A stretch of DNA of 64,000 nucleotides from assembly GCA_029856145.1 (NCBI GenBank), contig JAHQWK010000002.1, forward strand, positions 181,936 to 245,935. Direction: 5' to 3'. The position numbers were made by a program, and so were the translations under genes. This stretch comes from Promethearchaeia archaeon. GTDB lineage: Archaea > Asgardarchaeota > Lokiarchaeia > Sigyniarchaeales > SOKP01. The notes under the pieces are model-generated. The model worked only from the letters and a program-made list of their open reading frames with translations. It made no database searches and was not told the origin of the DNA. Each line of letters begins with the position of its first letter. Positions within the stretch are counted from its first letter, which is position 1. Of this stretch, positions 41,141 through 50,501 are shown piece by piece.

Positions 41141-41887
41141 TTGAGATTTATAATGAATGATTTGGAAATTGAAGATGTTGATATTCCTATAAAAACAGAT
41201 AGTATTAAACTGAAAGGATCAATATATTATAACTTAGAAACCCCATTAAAAGCTCCATGGATTATAATTTTAGCAGGATTTCTAGCTCATCGAGGTAGTG
41301 ATTTTGTTAAAGATTTTATTAATAGATTTGTGAGCGAGAGATACTACGTTTTATCTTATGATTATCGAGGTCATGGAGAGAAGATAAACAATGTTGATAA
41401 ATTTGAACTCTATAAATTGACACCAAAAATATTTTCAGATATTTCTGAAGTTTTAAGTTGGGTTTTGGAGAATCAATCTAATAGACTTTTAAAAGAAAAA
41501 ATTATCCTTTTTGGAAGAAGTTATGGTGGTGGTATCGTCTTAACCTATGGTTTTATAGATGTAAGAGTGAAATATTTAATTGCTCTATGTGCTAGATATG
41601 ACTATTCAACAGTTCAATTAAAAATTCCTGATGATCTAAAAATAAAGATGTCAAAAATAATAAGTCCAAAGTATTTTTTAACAAATAATCCAAGAAATAA
41701 TGAAAGAGTCCTTCTAGCACATTGTAAAGATGATAAAAGAATTCCATTTAGCAATGTTCTTGAAATTAAGGAGCATTTAGGTTTAAGGGAAGATAATGTA
41801 TTAATATATGAAAATGGAGGTCATTCATTTGAGGGCCATAAAGATCATATATTTAACCGTATTATAGAATTCTTAAAAGAAATATAA
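41141..41887 (+). CDS. Alpha/beta hydrolase
   Basis: YDYRGHG, GRSYGG nucleophile elbow, DDKRIP, GGH. Confidence 0.9.
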   Translation: MRFIMNDLEIEDVDIPIKTDSIKLKGSIYYNLETPLKAPWIIILAGFLAHRGSDFVKDFINRFVSERYYVLSYDYRGHGEKINNVDKFELYKLTPKIFSDISEVLSWVLENQSNRLLKEKIILFGRSYGGGIVLTYGFIDVRVKYLIALCARYDYSTVQLKIPDDLKIKMSKIISPKYFLTNNPRNNERVLLAHCKDDKRIPFSNVLEIKEHLGLREDNVLIYENGGHSFEGHKDHIFNRIIEFLKEI

Positions 41888-41938
41888 GAAAGGAAATAAT
41901 AAATTATATATCAATTATAATATTAATTGGTGAGATTT

Positions 41939-42841
41939 TTGGAAAAAATAGTTATAGTAGGACCTTCGTCGCAAATTCTTGGCGTTAAAATAGCACAAGA
42001 ACTAGGTATTGAATCAATAAATACAGATATTAAAAAATTTCCAGATGGAGAAAATTATCTTAGAATTAATATAGAAGATGAGACTTTAATTGCCGGAAAA
42101 GAGGTAATAATTGTACAATCAACAGGTCCTAGTGCTAGTGCTGATCAAAATGCTAGGCTAATGGAACTTTTTATGATGATCGATTCGGTTAAACGTATGG
42201 GTGCAGTAAAAATAATTGCTGTTGTTCCTTATTTGGCTTATACGCGTCAAGATAAAATATTTAGACCAGGCGAAACTCAATTTGCAAATGCTATTATCCA
42301 TATGATCAACTATTTTGGGATTGATGAACTTTATTCAGTTGATGTTCATGCGCCAATAGTATTAAATGAGTGTACGTGTAAAGCGATTAACATTGATTCT
42401 ATGAAATTACTTGCTGATTATATTAAATCAATTGGAGCTAGAAATATCGTAGTAGTAGCCCCAGATAAAGGTGCTGTTGAAAGATCTGGTGCTTTTGCTA
42501 ACTACTTTGGTGAGAATGTTCCTGTAGAAGTATTTGAAAAAGAACGAGATGTTAAAACGGGTGAAATAAAAATGAGTGGTGCTCTGAATCTCAAAAATAA
42601 AGATGTTGTTATTGCAGATGATATTATTGCTACAGGGGGTACTATGGCAACTGCAATAAAATTGGCAAAAACTAGTGGTGCTAAGAAAGTCTTTGCAGTA
42701 GCTACCCATGCATTATTGCTGGAACAGGCAAAATATAGGATTCTAAAAGCGGGAGCAGATGAAATTATTGGTACAGACTCAATTGACAATGAAGTTTGTA
42801 AAGTTTCATTAGCCAAAATTATTGCTGATTACTTAAAATAA
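41939..42841 (+). CDS. prs: Ribose-phosphate pyrophosphokinase
   Basis: FPDGE, PYLAYTRQDK, APDKGA, DDIIATGGT; GGTGA SD motif before TTG at 41939. Confidence 0.95.
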   Translation: MEKIVIVGPSSQILGVKIAQELGIESINTDIKKFPDGENYLRINIEDETLIAGKEVIIVQSTGPSASADQNARLMELFMMIDSVKRMGAVKIIAVVPYLAYTRQDKIFRPGETQFANAIIHMINYFGIDELYSVDVHAPIVLNECTCKAINIDSMKLLADYIKSIGARNIVVVAPDKGAVERSGAFANYFGENVPVEVFEKERDVKTGEIKMSGALNLKNKDVVIADDIIATGGTMATAIKLAKTSGAKKVFAVATHALLLEQAKYRILKAGADEIIGTDSIDNEVCKVSLAKIIADYLK

Positions 42842-42855
42842 ATTTTTTTTAAATA

Positions 42856-43398
42856 TCAATAGTTATTAATAATTTCTAACACAGTTTTTCTTGTTTTTTT
42901 CTTTAAATCCTCAATGGAATAATTATTGTGTATTAAATAATCAGCGTTTTCTAAAACTTTATCAAGTCCAAATTCAATTTCTCTTTTATCTCTCTCTTTT
43001 AAATCCTCTAAACTCTTAGGATCGTCACTGCGATTTCTTTCAAATAGGTGTCTGAATCTTTTTTCTTCATCAACTATAATAGCTATAATTGGGAATTTCC
43101 AATATTTTCTAAAAATGTTGACTTCAGAGAGAGACCTAACTCCATCAACAAAAATAATTTCTTTATTCTTCTTTTTTATTAATTCTACACATTTTTCAGC
43201 GATTATCGCGGGTCCACTTTTTTCGCGTAATTCTTTAGCAATTTTACCTATATTTTTCCCAGAAGGTTCTAAATTCCTTTTTTTAACTTCATCTCGAACA
43301 ACATCACCCATTGTTACGATAATCCCTAAATCTTCAATTGCCTCTATTGCAGTGGTTTTCCCGGACCCTGGAAGACCTACTATTGTTATTACTTTCAT
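42856..43398 (-). CDS. P-loop kinase, UPF0200 / dephospho-CoA kinase-like
   Basis: GLPGSGKT, MGDVVR, DGVRS..E, RDKRE..FG. Confidence 0.85.
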   Translation of the reverse strand: MKVITIVGLPGSGKTTAIEAIEDLGIIVTMGDVVRDEVKKRNLEPSGKNIGKIAKELREKSGPAIIAEKCVELIKKKNKEIIFVDGVRSLSEVNIFRKYWKFPIIAIIVDEEKRFRHLFERNRSDDPKSLEDLKERDKREIEFGLDKVLENADYLIHNNYSIEDLKKKTRKTVLEIINNY

Positions 43399-43516
43399 TT
43401 TTAAATAAAAATTTCATTGAATATAATTTATATATTTAGACTTTGTTTAAATTCTATATAGGTTAAGAAATAAAATTTATAAAGTATAACATAACATAGC
43501 ATTAAATGCAGAAGTT

Positions 43517-44647
43517 ATGAAGAAAAATAAAAAGATTGATCCTTTCAAAACTCCAGTACTATTAACTGTAAAAGCATATGAGAGAATTGTAGGGTATGCG
43601 ATAAGATATGCTAATGAGGATCAAAACCCGGACAAATGGCGTGAAGTATATGGAATCTTAATTGGATCTATTGAGAATAACGCTAAAGTCATTGTAAAAG
43701 ATGCAATTCCGATGGTTGTTGGCAGTAGAGCGGGAGTGCAATTCGAAAATAAGCAGTATGTTGATATGTCTCAAATTGATGCATCTGTGTTCGAGCGATC
43801 TATTCAAGATAAGAAAAACGATTTTATAATAGGTTGGTTTCACACTCACCCTGGATTTGGGTTTTTCTATAGTCCTATCGACTGTATGACTCAATTAGGA
43901 TATCAGATCCCTAATCCTTATGCTGTCGGGTTAATTTTTGATCATTGTAAGAAAGAATCTGATCTACATTTTCTAGGAATTGCAGGATTAAGATTAAAAG
44001 ATCCTGAATTAGGGATTTCCTCATCCTATGATTTAATAGAAATGAAATATGAAATAGAAGAGAAAAAGATGGTACAGGAAATTGAGACTGTAATAAAAGA
44101 TGTAGATAAAAATATCGGTAAAGCCTTAAAGGAAATTAAATATATTGATGAAGGACTCCGAAAGAAGGGCCTAGCTCAGTTACAGAGGAACTATGGATTA
44201 ATTTTAGTACCTAAGGAAGATATAATAGTTACTGACGATGAAGAAATTGCAGAAGAAGATGAAAAGTATTTATATGAGTGGGATCCTGAATTTTTTAAAA
44301 AATCTTACCGTATTCCGAAATTTAGAGAAAAAATCGAAAAAGTAGTTGCTACTGCTTATGACGAATTAGATGATCTACTTGGAAAAAACGATAAGGAAAA
44401 ATGTGAGATTAGAAGAGGAAAATTAACTAAAAAAATTCAAAATTTATTAAAAAAACCAAATGAATGGTATGATAAATTAATGGATGATTTTTCAAAAAGA
44501 ATTGAAACTATATTTCCATATTATTCATATTTAGATACAGATGAAAGGAAAGTTATTGAATATTTCGAAGAGAGAAGTTCTGAATATTTCAAGATTTTGG
44601 ATGAATTGAATAGAAGATCCAAATTAAATTTAGAAGGATTTGGATGA
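43517..44647 (+). CDS. JAMM/MPN+ metalloprotease (Rpn11/CSN5-like) with long acidic helical C-terminus
   Basis: EVYGILIG and GWFHTHPGFGFFYSPID (complete E-HxH-S-D motif). Confidence 0.9.
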   Translation: MKKNKKIDPFKTPVLLTVKAYERIVGYAIRYANEDQNPDKWREVYGILIGSIENNAKVIVKDAIPMVVGSRAGVQFENKQYVDMSQIDASVFERSIQDKKNDFIIGWFHTHPGFGFFYSPIDCMTQLGYQIPNPYAVGLIFDHCKKESDLHFLGIAGLRLKDPELGISSSYDLIEMKYEIEEKKMVQEIETVIKDVDKNIGKALKEIKYIDEGLRKKGLAQLQRNYGLILVPKEDIIVTDDEEIAEEDEKYLYEWDPEFFKKSYRIPKFREKIEKVVATAYDELDDLLGKNDKEKCEIRRGKLTKKIQNLLKKPNEWYDKLMDDFSKRIETIFPYYSYLDTDERKVIEYFEERSSEYFKILDELNRRSKLNLEGFG

Positions 44648-44788
44648 AAATATTTTGTTTTGTAATTATCAAACTTTAAAAATATAAAAAAATATAATCA
44701 ACTTAGGAACTTTAATAAAATGTTATGTATATAATATAATTATTAAGAATTAGCTTCTTTTTAATAAAGTATAAAATTTTCACGGTTA

Positions 44789-45124
44789 ATGAGATTCATG
44801 GTTAATCAGACTACAATTATAATAAGACACAGAAACGATAAAGAGAAGTCAATTAAAGACGCTATTTTTGCATTTTCTGGAGGCAGAAAATCATTATTAA
44901 TAAAGGGTGAAGGGGAAGAAATCAGCACAGCAGTGGAAGTAGCTGAAATTCTAAAAAATCGCATGTATCCTAGATTAGAAATTGCAAATGTGTCTTTAGG
45001 AAGTCGTCCCTATTTTGTTAGCAGACAACGTGGGTACCAGAATAAAAATACTAAAACTAATAAGAAAAAAATTGATAGAGTTTCTAACATTGAAATTACT
45101 CTTCAAACTATATCAATAACATAA
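44789..45124 (+). CDS. Alba-family nucleic-acid-binding protein (divergent)
   Basis: IKGEGEEISTAVEVAEILKNR...SLGS...VSNIEITL. Confidence 0.82.
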   Translation: MRFMVNQTTIIIRHRNDKEKSIKDAIFAFSGGRKSLLIKGEGEEISTAVEVAEILKNRMYPRLEIANVSLGSRPYFVSRQRGYQNKNTKTNKKKIDRVSNIEITLQTISIT

Positions 45125-45127
45125 GTT

Positions 45128-45298
45128 ATGAAAGCTAAATTTGAACATTTAGGGCCAATGATCTCGGAAACGAGAACTCCTGCGGTATGTGAGATCTGTA
45201 ATAATTTCATTTATAAACGAATTTACTACGATGAAAACTCAGAGAAAAAAGAGAAAACTGTTTTTGTTTGCAAAAATTGTTTAGAAAAAGATAAATAG
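45128..45298 (+). CDS. Small zinc-finger protein (56 aa, not in ORF track)
   Basis: MKAKFEHLG...CEIC...CKNC...; starts 3 nt after the Alba stop. Confidence 0.75.
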   Translation: MKAKFEHLGPMISETRTPAVCEICNNFIYKRIYYDENSEKKEKTVFVCKNCLEKDK

Positions 45299-45432
45299 TT
45301 GATTTGCTTTTTAGCTTTTCAAATAGATGTCATTATTATTTATTTAACTCGATTGCAGGAGCAAGTTTCAATAATTTTTTCGTTGAACAACCTGTTATAA
45401 TAAGAATTCACTAAGTATATTTTCACATTCAT

Positions 45433-46257
45433 TTATAGATCTAATTTTTTATTGAGCTTCTTCTGGCTTCTCTTTTCAAGAAATTTTGTCCAATCAAACG
45501 CCATGATAAAAAACATAACTGTTATAGTTACTAATAATAGTATGGCTTCAGTTATTATGCTAGGGATATCATTAGTTTGAATTCCTTGAGCTACAAATCC
45601 AATAGCTACTAAAATTGGCCAGCAACAATAAAATAAAGTGGTAAAATTTTTTCCCAACCAGCCAGGAATAATACATTTCCAAAAAGGGTATTTAATCATT
45701 CCCAGAGGTAAGAATAATATATCATCTGGGAGTGGAGTTAACGCAAATAAAAATATGTATAATGGTGTACGTTTTTCATTTTCTAAAATTAATTTACCAA
45801 ATCCATCTATATTTTTTAGCAATTCAGAATTCCTTTCTTCAGTAATTTTCTTTGTTCCATATCCAACGAAATAGCCAGTAGATTCTCCCAAGGCGCTCCC
45901 TAACCCTCCTATTAATGCTAGTCCTAGTATTTCTAACCAAAAAAAACCATTTTGTAATATTTGTATCAATTCTAATCCACTATTAATATATTTAAGATAT
46001 ATTGAATTTGAAAGTGAAAACAACACAAATGGAAAAGGAATAGGGAATCCAATTGATGCTGACCCTAAAAAACATATTCCAAGAGAAATTAATAAAGCCC
46101 AAAAATAATTTGAACCTTCTGTGATAATTGTTAAGTTTTGTCTAGTACTGATAATAAATTCTTGGAAACTTGGGACAAATAAAAACAGAAATATGTAGAT
46201 AATTACAGATAAATAAAATCCTGTAAAAACTATCATTAATTTCTTTGGAACAGCCAT
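45433..46257 (-). CDS. VTT/DedA (VMP1/TMEM41-like) membrane protein
   Basis: GSALGESTGYFVG, FALTPLPDD, GK motifs. Confidence 0.85.
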   Translation of the reverse strand: MAVPKKLMIVFTGFYLSVIIYIFLFLFVPSFQEFIISTRQNLTIITEGSNYFWALLISLGICFLGSASIGFPIPFPFVLFSLSNSIYLKYINSGLELIQILQNGFFWLEILGLALIGGLGSALGESTGYFVGYGTKKITEERNSELLKNIDGFGKLILENEKRTPLYIFLFALTPLPDDILFLPLGMIKYPFWKCIIPGWLGKNFTTLFYCCWPILVAIGFVAQGIQTNDIPSIITEAILLLVTITVMFFIMAFDWTKFLEKRSQKKLNKKLDL

Positions 46258-46264
46258 AATCTTA

Positions 46265-46639
46265 TTACTTCTTAGAAAATTTTGTATTTAAGCCATTTCT
46301 CGCTTCTAATAATATATCTAGATTAGTATCTACCTTTCCAATTTTATTTACTTTATTTGCCATTTCTATATCTTCTAAAGCTATTATCAATTCATCAGTT
46401 TTTGGATTGTAAAGAATGTCTCCTTTTTCTACATTATCTGTCGATTTAGAATTGGGTCCTTTATATATTTCTACTCCTGGTAACGTCCAATATTTTTTTG
46501 AACCAAAACTAAATCTACCTCTTAATACAAGGGGTAATTTATCAATTATTGCATCTGCTGTAAGAGGTGCAATATATCGGATAATATTTCCTTCTATTAT
46601 GCCAATTCCAAATAAATCAATCTTTATTGGTATACTCAT
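46265..46639 (-). CDS. Cyclophilin-like fold protein
   Basis: APLTADAI..KLP, VEKGDILY.P, VNKIGKV. Confidence 0.78.
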   Translation of the reverse strand: MSIPIKIDLFGIGIIEGNIIRYIAPLTADAIIDKLPLVLRGRFSFGSKKYWTLPGVEIYKGPNSKSTDNVEKGDILYNPKTDELIIALEDIEMANKVNKIGKVDTNLDILLEARNGLNTKFSKK

Positions 46640-46744
46640 TTTTTATAAATAATGTAATTTCTGTTATTTATATTATTTTAAAATAATTCTTATAATCATC
46701 AAATTTTTGTTGAAAATATTGAAGATTTTATTATTTTCCTTAAT

Positions 46745-46759
46745 AACAAGATTTAAATA
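46745..46759 (+). promoter_or_regulatory. Archaeal BRE/TATA promoter of the candidate ncRNA
   Basis: Purine-rich AACAAGA followed by TTTAAATA (46752-46759), centred about 27 nt upstream of G46783. Confidence 0.6.
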
Positions 46760-46782
46760 GTCAAAGTTTCATATAATTATTT

Positions 46783-47274
46783 GGACAATAGGTCAATTTT
46801 GCATTGGAAATGGATACAAAATTACGGTTTTTACACCGAATTAATTGTTAACTGAAACTGAATTAGTTTTTTACTACCGATAAATTTTTTTATTCGGGCT
46901 CTAAGAATCTTAAATCAACCTAATTTATCATTCAAGGGTATTATTAATCATTCATTCCTTTTTTAACGTTGGATAAATATTTATAACACTTCTAAAGTAG
47001 TAAGTTGAAACAGGAATTTATTTTTCACATACATATCTACTCGAATTTATGCAATCTTGGTATATGAGACAATTTGACATTAATACTTATATTCGTGTCG
47101 AATTATGAGTTTTAATTATTTAGTGCCAGAGACATTGAAACTTGAGTACTCTGTATCGAAATTAGTTTAGATTTGTAAATAGGAGCTTTGATTACCTGAT
47201 TGCTTCATTGGAAAAAATATAGCCAAAGTCCTTTGATTCAATTATACTTTGATTAATCGGAGCACCTATTGTCC
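46783..47274 (+). ncRNA. Candidate large structured non-coding RNA (~492 nt), family unknown
   Basis: 11-bp terminal helix GGACAATAGGT/ACCTATTGTCC, about 12 nested helices with G-U pairs on the + strand, no ORF of 60 aa or more in the track, TATA upstream, T13 downstream. Confidence 0.68.
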
Positions 47275-48126
47275 TTTTTTTTTTTTTAGGTTTTTTAGAT
47301 CCTTTTTATTATCAATATCATAGAATTGATGTTTATTTTCAATTTCAAAAGCAAGTACTTTCTTCCCATTAAAAATTATAGAGTTTAAAGTTTCCCAAAT
47401 TGTTTTATTTAGATTTTCTCGATTCATATTTAAGATTTCATTAATTGAATCATAGCTTAAAGCAGTAATAGGTATTAATTGATTTAAGGTATTCTCAGAA
47501 AGAATATCTCTTATTTTTAATTGAGAAATTTTTTTTAATATAATTTCTGAACCTAATTTAGTAATTTCAGCATTAGAAATAATTCTATTTATACTATATA
47601 GTTCTTCTAATGTTTTTAATCCTATAATTCTATAAAAAACAAAGGGATATTTATGAATCAAGGTATAATTCTTAGAAATTATGTATATAATTTCTTTTAA
47701 AATACTATAATCAAATATGGTGTCACCTGGGATTACTAAATAGTAATTGTTCCTCGTAAAAAAGCTTTTATTCTTAGTTATCGATAAAAAGGAGTATAGT
47801 GGACCTAATTTATACTGATTTTCCGTATCAATTATTATCAGTTTATCTTGTAAGGTATGGTCATTTTTTTTTATTGTTGTAAGATACTCACGGATACTAA
47901 CTCCTAAATGACCAATAACTATAGCAATTTTATCTATTTCAAAATTGAGTAGAGTTTTAATATTATAATAGAGAATTGAAATACTATTTAATGGTTCAAT
48001 TTTTATTAGTGGTTTAGGAGTGGTTTTTGTAATTTTTTTAAGTCTAGTTCCCTCTCCAGCGCACAATATAACAATAGATAGGTTTTTTTTAACCTCATTC
48101 TTTAGTATTGACAATACTATTCCCAT
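47266..48126 (-). CDS. NTP-transferase (nucleotidyltransferase) family protein
   Basis: VILCAGEGTRL...PKPL, PGD, FYDID. Confidence 0.85.
   Translation of the reverse strand: MGIVLSILKNEVKKNLSIVILCAGEGTRLKKITKTTPKPLIKIEPLNSISILYYNIKTLLNFEIDKIAIVIGHLGVSIREYLTTIKKNDHTLQDKLIIIDTENQYKLGPLYSFLSITKNKSFFTRNNYYLVIPGDTIFDYSILKEIIYIISKNYTLIHKYPFVFYRIIGLKTLEELYSINRIISNAEITKLGSEIILKKISQLKIRDILSENTLNQLIPITALSYDSINEILNMNRENLNKTIWETLNSIIFNGKKVLAFEIENKHQFYDIDNKKDLKNLKKKKGQ
47275..47287 (+). terminator. Oligo-T terminator of the candidate ncRNA
   Basis: 13 consecutive T immediately after the terminal helix (also encodes the poly-Lys end of the convergent gene). Confidence 0.45.
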
Positions 48127-48144
48127 TCAATATTTTTCTTTAAT

Positions 48145-49071
48145 CTATTCCCTTGTTGTGACGATTAAATTGCCAGTCATATCAATAACTAGCGTATGCT
48201 CTTCTTGAGCTACGGGTTCATTTGTTTTTTCTACTAAAATAGGATATTTATCTATTACTTTTTTACCTATAAAAAATTCAAGAGTTCTCTGTATTTTATT
48301 TTTAGGTATAATATTATTATTTTCTATCCATCGAGGGGAAAATGGGAGGTGCTTATAGTTTTTTTCAATTTTATTCATATAAGCTAAGTGTTCATATGAC
48401 ATATTTTTTTTTACTTTTTTTACAAATCGAAAGATATATGCATTTTTTCCATTTTCTACTTTTCCAATTCCAGACGTAGCAAAAGGTTCACAAGCATATG
48501 CATCTCCTGGTTTAAGTATTTGATCATGCATTTTTTCTTTATAATTTGGAATAAAAGGCCCTGCATGTAAATTATATCGCTTTAATTCATGACCACCTAA
48601 GTTTGTTATTGGTCGTAATCCTCGATTAATAATCTTTTCAGCAATCACTTCACCTAATTCATATAATTTAACTCCTGGATTAAACTTTTCAATTGCTGCT
48701 TCAAGCGCTTCTTTGGCAGCCTCAATGTAATTCTGAAGCTTAGGATCTTCATTAATATTAATTGTGAATGCAGAATCTGCGATATACCCATCATAATGCG
48801 AACCAATATCTATTTTTAATAACCCTTTTTCTGGAATTTTAGTTTGATCATCAATAGGAGGACTGTAATGAGCTGCAATTTCATTGAGAGACATATTTAT
48901 TGGAAATGAAAGATTACATCCACTCTTAATTATCTCAGCTTCACATCTATTTCCAATTTCTAAAAAGGATTCTCCTGGCTTTATTAGTTTTTTAGCTAAT
49001 TTTTTAGCAGCTATAACTGCTTTTCCAGCCTTGATGTAAGCTTGAATAAAATCATCCGTCATTTTTTTCAA
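48145..49071 (-). CDS. map: Methionine aminopeptidase type II
   Basis: AAHYSP, KIDIGSHYDGYIADSA, NLGGH, LHAG, ACEPF, QEEHT. Confidence 0.95.
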   Translation of the reverse strand: MKKMTDDFIQAYIKAGKAVIAAKKLAKKLIKPGESFLEIGNRCEAEIIKSGCNLSFPINMSLNEIAAHYSPPIDDQTKIPEKGLLKIDIGSHYDGYIADSAFTININEDPKLQNYIEAAKEALEAAIEKFNPGVKLYELGEVIAEKIINRGLRPITNLGGHELKRYNLHAGPFIPNYKEKMHDQILKPGDAYACEPFATSGIGKVENGKNAYIFRFVKKVKKNMSYEHLAYMNKIEKNYKHLPFSPRWIENNNIIPKNKIQRTLEFFIGKKVIDKYPILVEKTNEPVAQEEHTLVIDMTGNLIVTTRE

Positions 49072-49090
49072 ATATTTTCTATTATTACAC

Positions 49091-50410
49091 TTAGGGTGTT
49101 AATCGATCGGGTGTTCTAGGATACATTACTACTTCTCGAATATCATCTAATCCACATAATACTGTTAACCACCTGTCAATTCCAAGGCCGAAGCCTGCAT
49201 GTGGTGGCATTCCATAATCAAATGCATTAAGATGTGAAGTAAATGCTAAATGGTTAAGACCTTTTTCTTCAAGGGCTTTTATCAATTGTTCTTTATTGTG
49301 AACTCTGGTACCTCCAGAAGTCAATTCTAACATACCTTTTTGCAGATCAAATGATTCACTGTACTTAGGATTTTTTGAAGGCATAATATAAAAAGTCTTA
49401 ATAGACATTGGCCAATGAGTAATATAATAATATCCAGGTAGTTCTTTACCTAATTTTCTATATGCCTCAGTAGAAATATCTTCTCCAAACTCTATGTCAA
49501 ATGAAAATCTTTTATTAATTAAAGCAATGATTTCTTCATACTTATACCTTGGAAAAGGGATCTCTGGTATAACTGTTTGTTTATCTACCTTTAAATATTT
49601 TAATGCAGACATTTGATTTTCAGTGATATCTTTAATAGCATTATGAACCATTTCTTCCAATATTTTAAGAACATCTTCCATTGGTGAAAATGCAATTTCA
49701 ACATCTAAAGTAAAAATTTCGCATATGTGTCTTTTTGTGCGACTTTTTTCAGCTCTGAAACAATCACTTATTTCAAAAACTCTCTCATAAACCCCACTCA
49801 ATTGTTCTTTATATAATTGGGCGGATTGAGTAAGAAATGCCTCTTTCTCAAAATAGATAATAGGAAATAACTCAGTACCCCCCTCGGTTGCAGAAGCTAT
49901 TATTTTGGGTGTAGTTATTTCAGTAAAATTTCTTTCGAACAAAAATTTCCTAATAGATCTAAGCAATTCTCCTCTAATTTCAAAAATAGCTTGATTTTTG
50001 AGTGATCTAAGATCTAAAGCTCTATTATTTAACCTAAGGTCTAATTCTGATACTGTTTCACCAGTCATGTCTATAGGCAGCTTATCAGGGGTGGTATTTA
50101 ATATTTTTATTTCAGATGGAATAATTTCTACTCCTCCTGGTGCATCTTTGAACGCTTTCACAATTCCTTTAATCATTATACAATATTGATAGCTAACTTT
50201 CGATTTTTCAAAAATCTCATCAGAAATAACTCCCTTTTTTATAGTTATTTGACGTTCACCATATTTATCTTGTAGTGATATAAACTTTAAACCACCAAGA
50301 TCTCTAAAATTTCGGACCCATCCTCCTAAAATTACTTCTTTACCAGCTAAATCTGGGGTAATGTCTTTAGTGTAATGAGTTTTTCTCCAATCTCCTAGTT
50401 CATCTAGCAT
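49091..50410 (-). CDS. aspS: Aspartate--tRNA ligase (archaeal type)
   Basis: OB-fold GWV..RDLGG, ATEGG, QSAQLYK, FRAE, GMPPHAGFGLGIDR, PRTPDRLTP. Confidence 0.95.
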   Translation of the reverse strand: MLDELGDWRKTHYTKDITPDLAGKEVILGGWVRNFRDLGGLKFISLQDKYGERQITIKKGVISDEIFEKSKVSYQYCIMIKGIVKAFKDAPGGVEIIPSEIKILNTTPDKLPIDMTGETVSELDLRLNNRALDLRSLKNQAIFEIRGELLRSIRKFLFERNFTEITTPKIIASATEGGTELFPIIYFEKEAFLTQSAQLYKEQLSGVYERVFEISDCFRAEKSRTKRHICEIFTLDVEIAFSPMEDVLKILEEMVHNAIKDITENQMSALKYLKVDKQTVIPEIPFPRYKYEEIIALINKRFSFDIEFGEDISTEAYRKLGKELPGYYYITHWPMSIKTFYIMPSKNPKYSESFDLQKGMLELTSGGTRVHNKEQLIKALEEKGLNHLAFTSHLNAFDYGMPPHAGFGLGIDRWLTVLCGLDDIREVVMYPRTPDRLTP

Positions 50411-50501
50411 ATATTCGTATCATCTTATAATTTTTTTCAAAGAAATTATAATTCTAAAATTTAAATTAAAAATTAAATTTTTTCCTTCCTATCTATTATT
50501 T

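Noticed and set aside
46780-47277. MITE interpretation of the 11-bp terminal inverted repeat (TTT on both flanks)
   Set aside because: Disfavoured but not excluded: single copy in the window, nested internal helices with strand-specific G-U pairs, and a well-placed TATA box and T-run fit an RNA gene better
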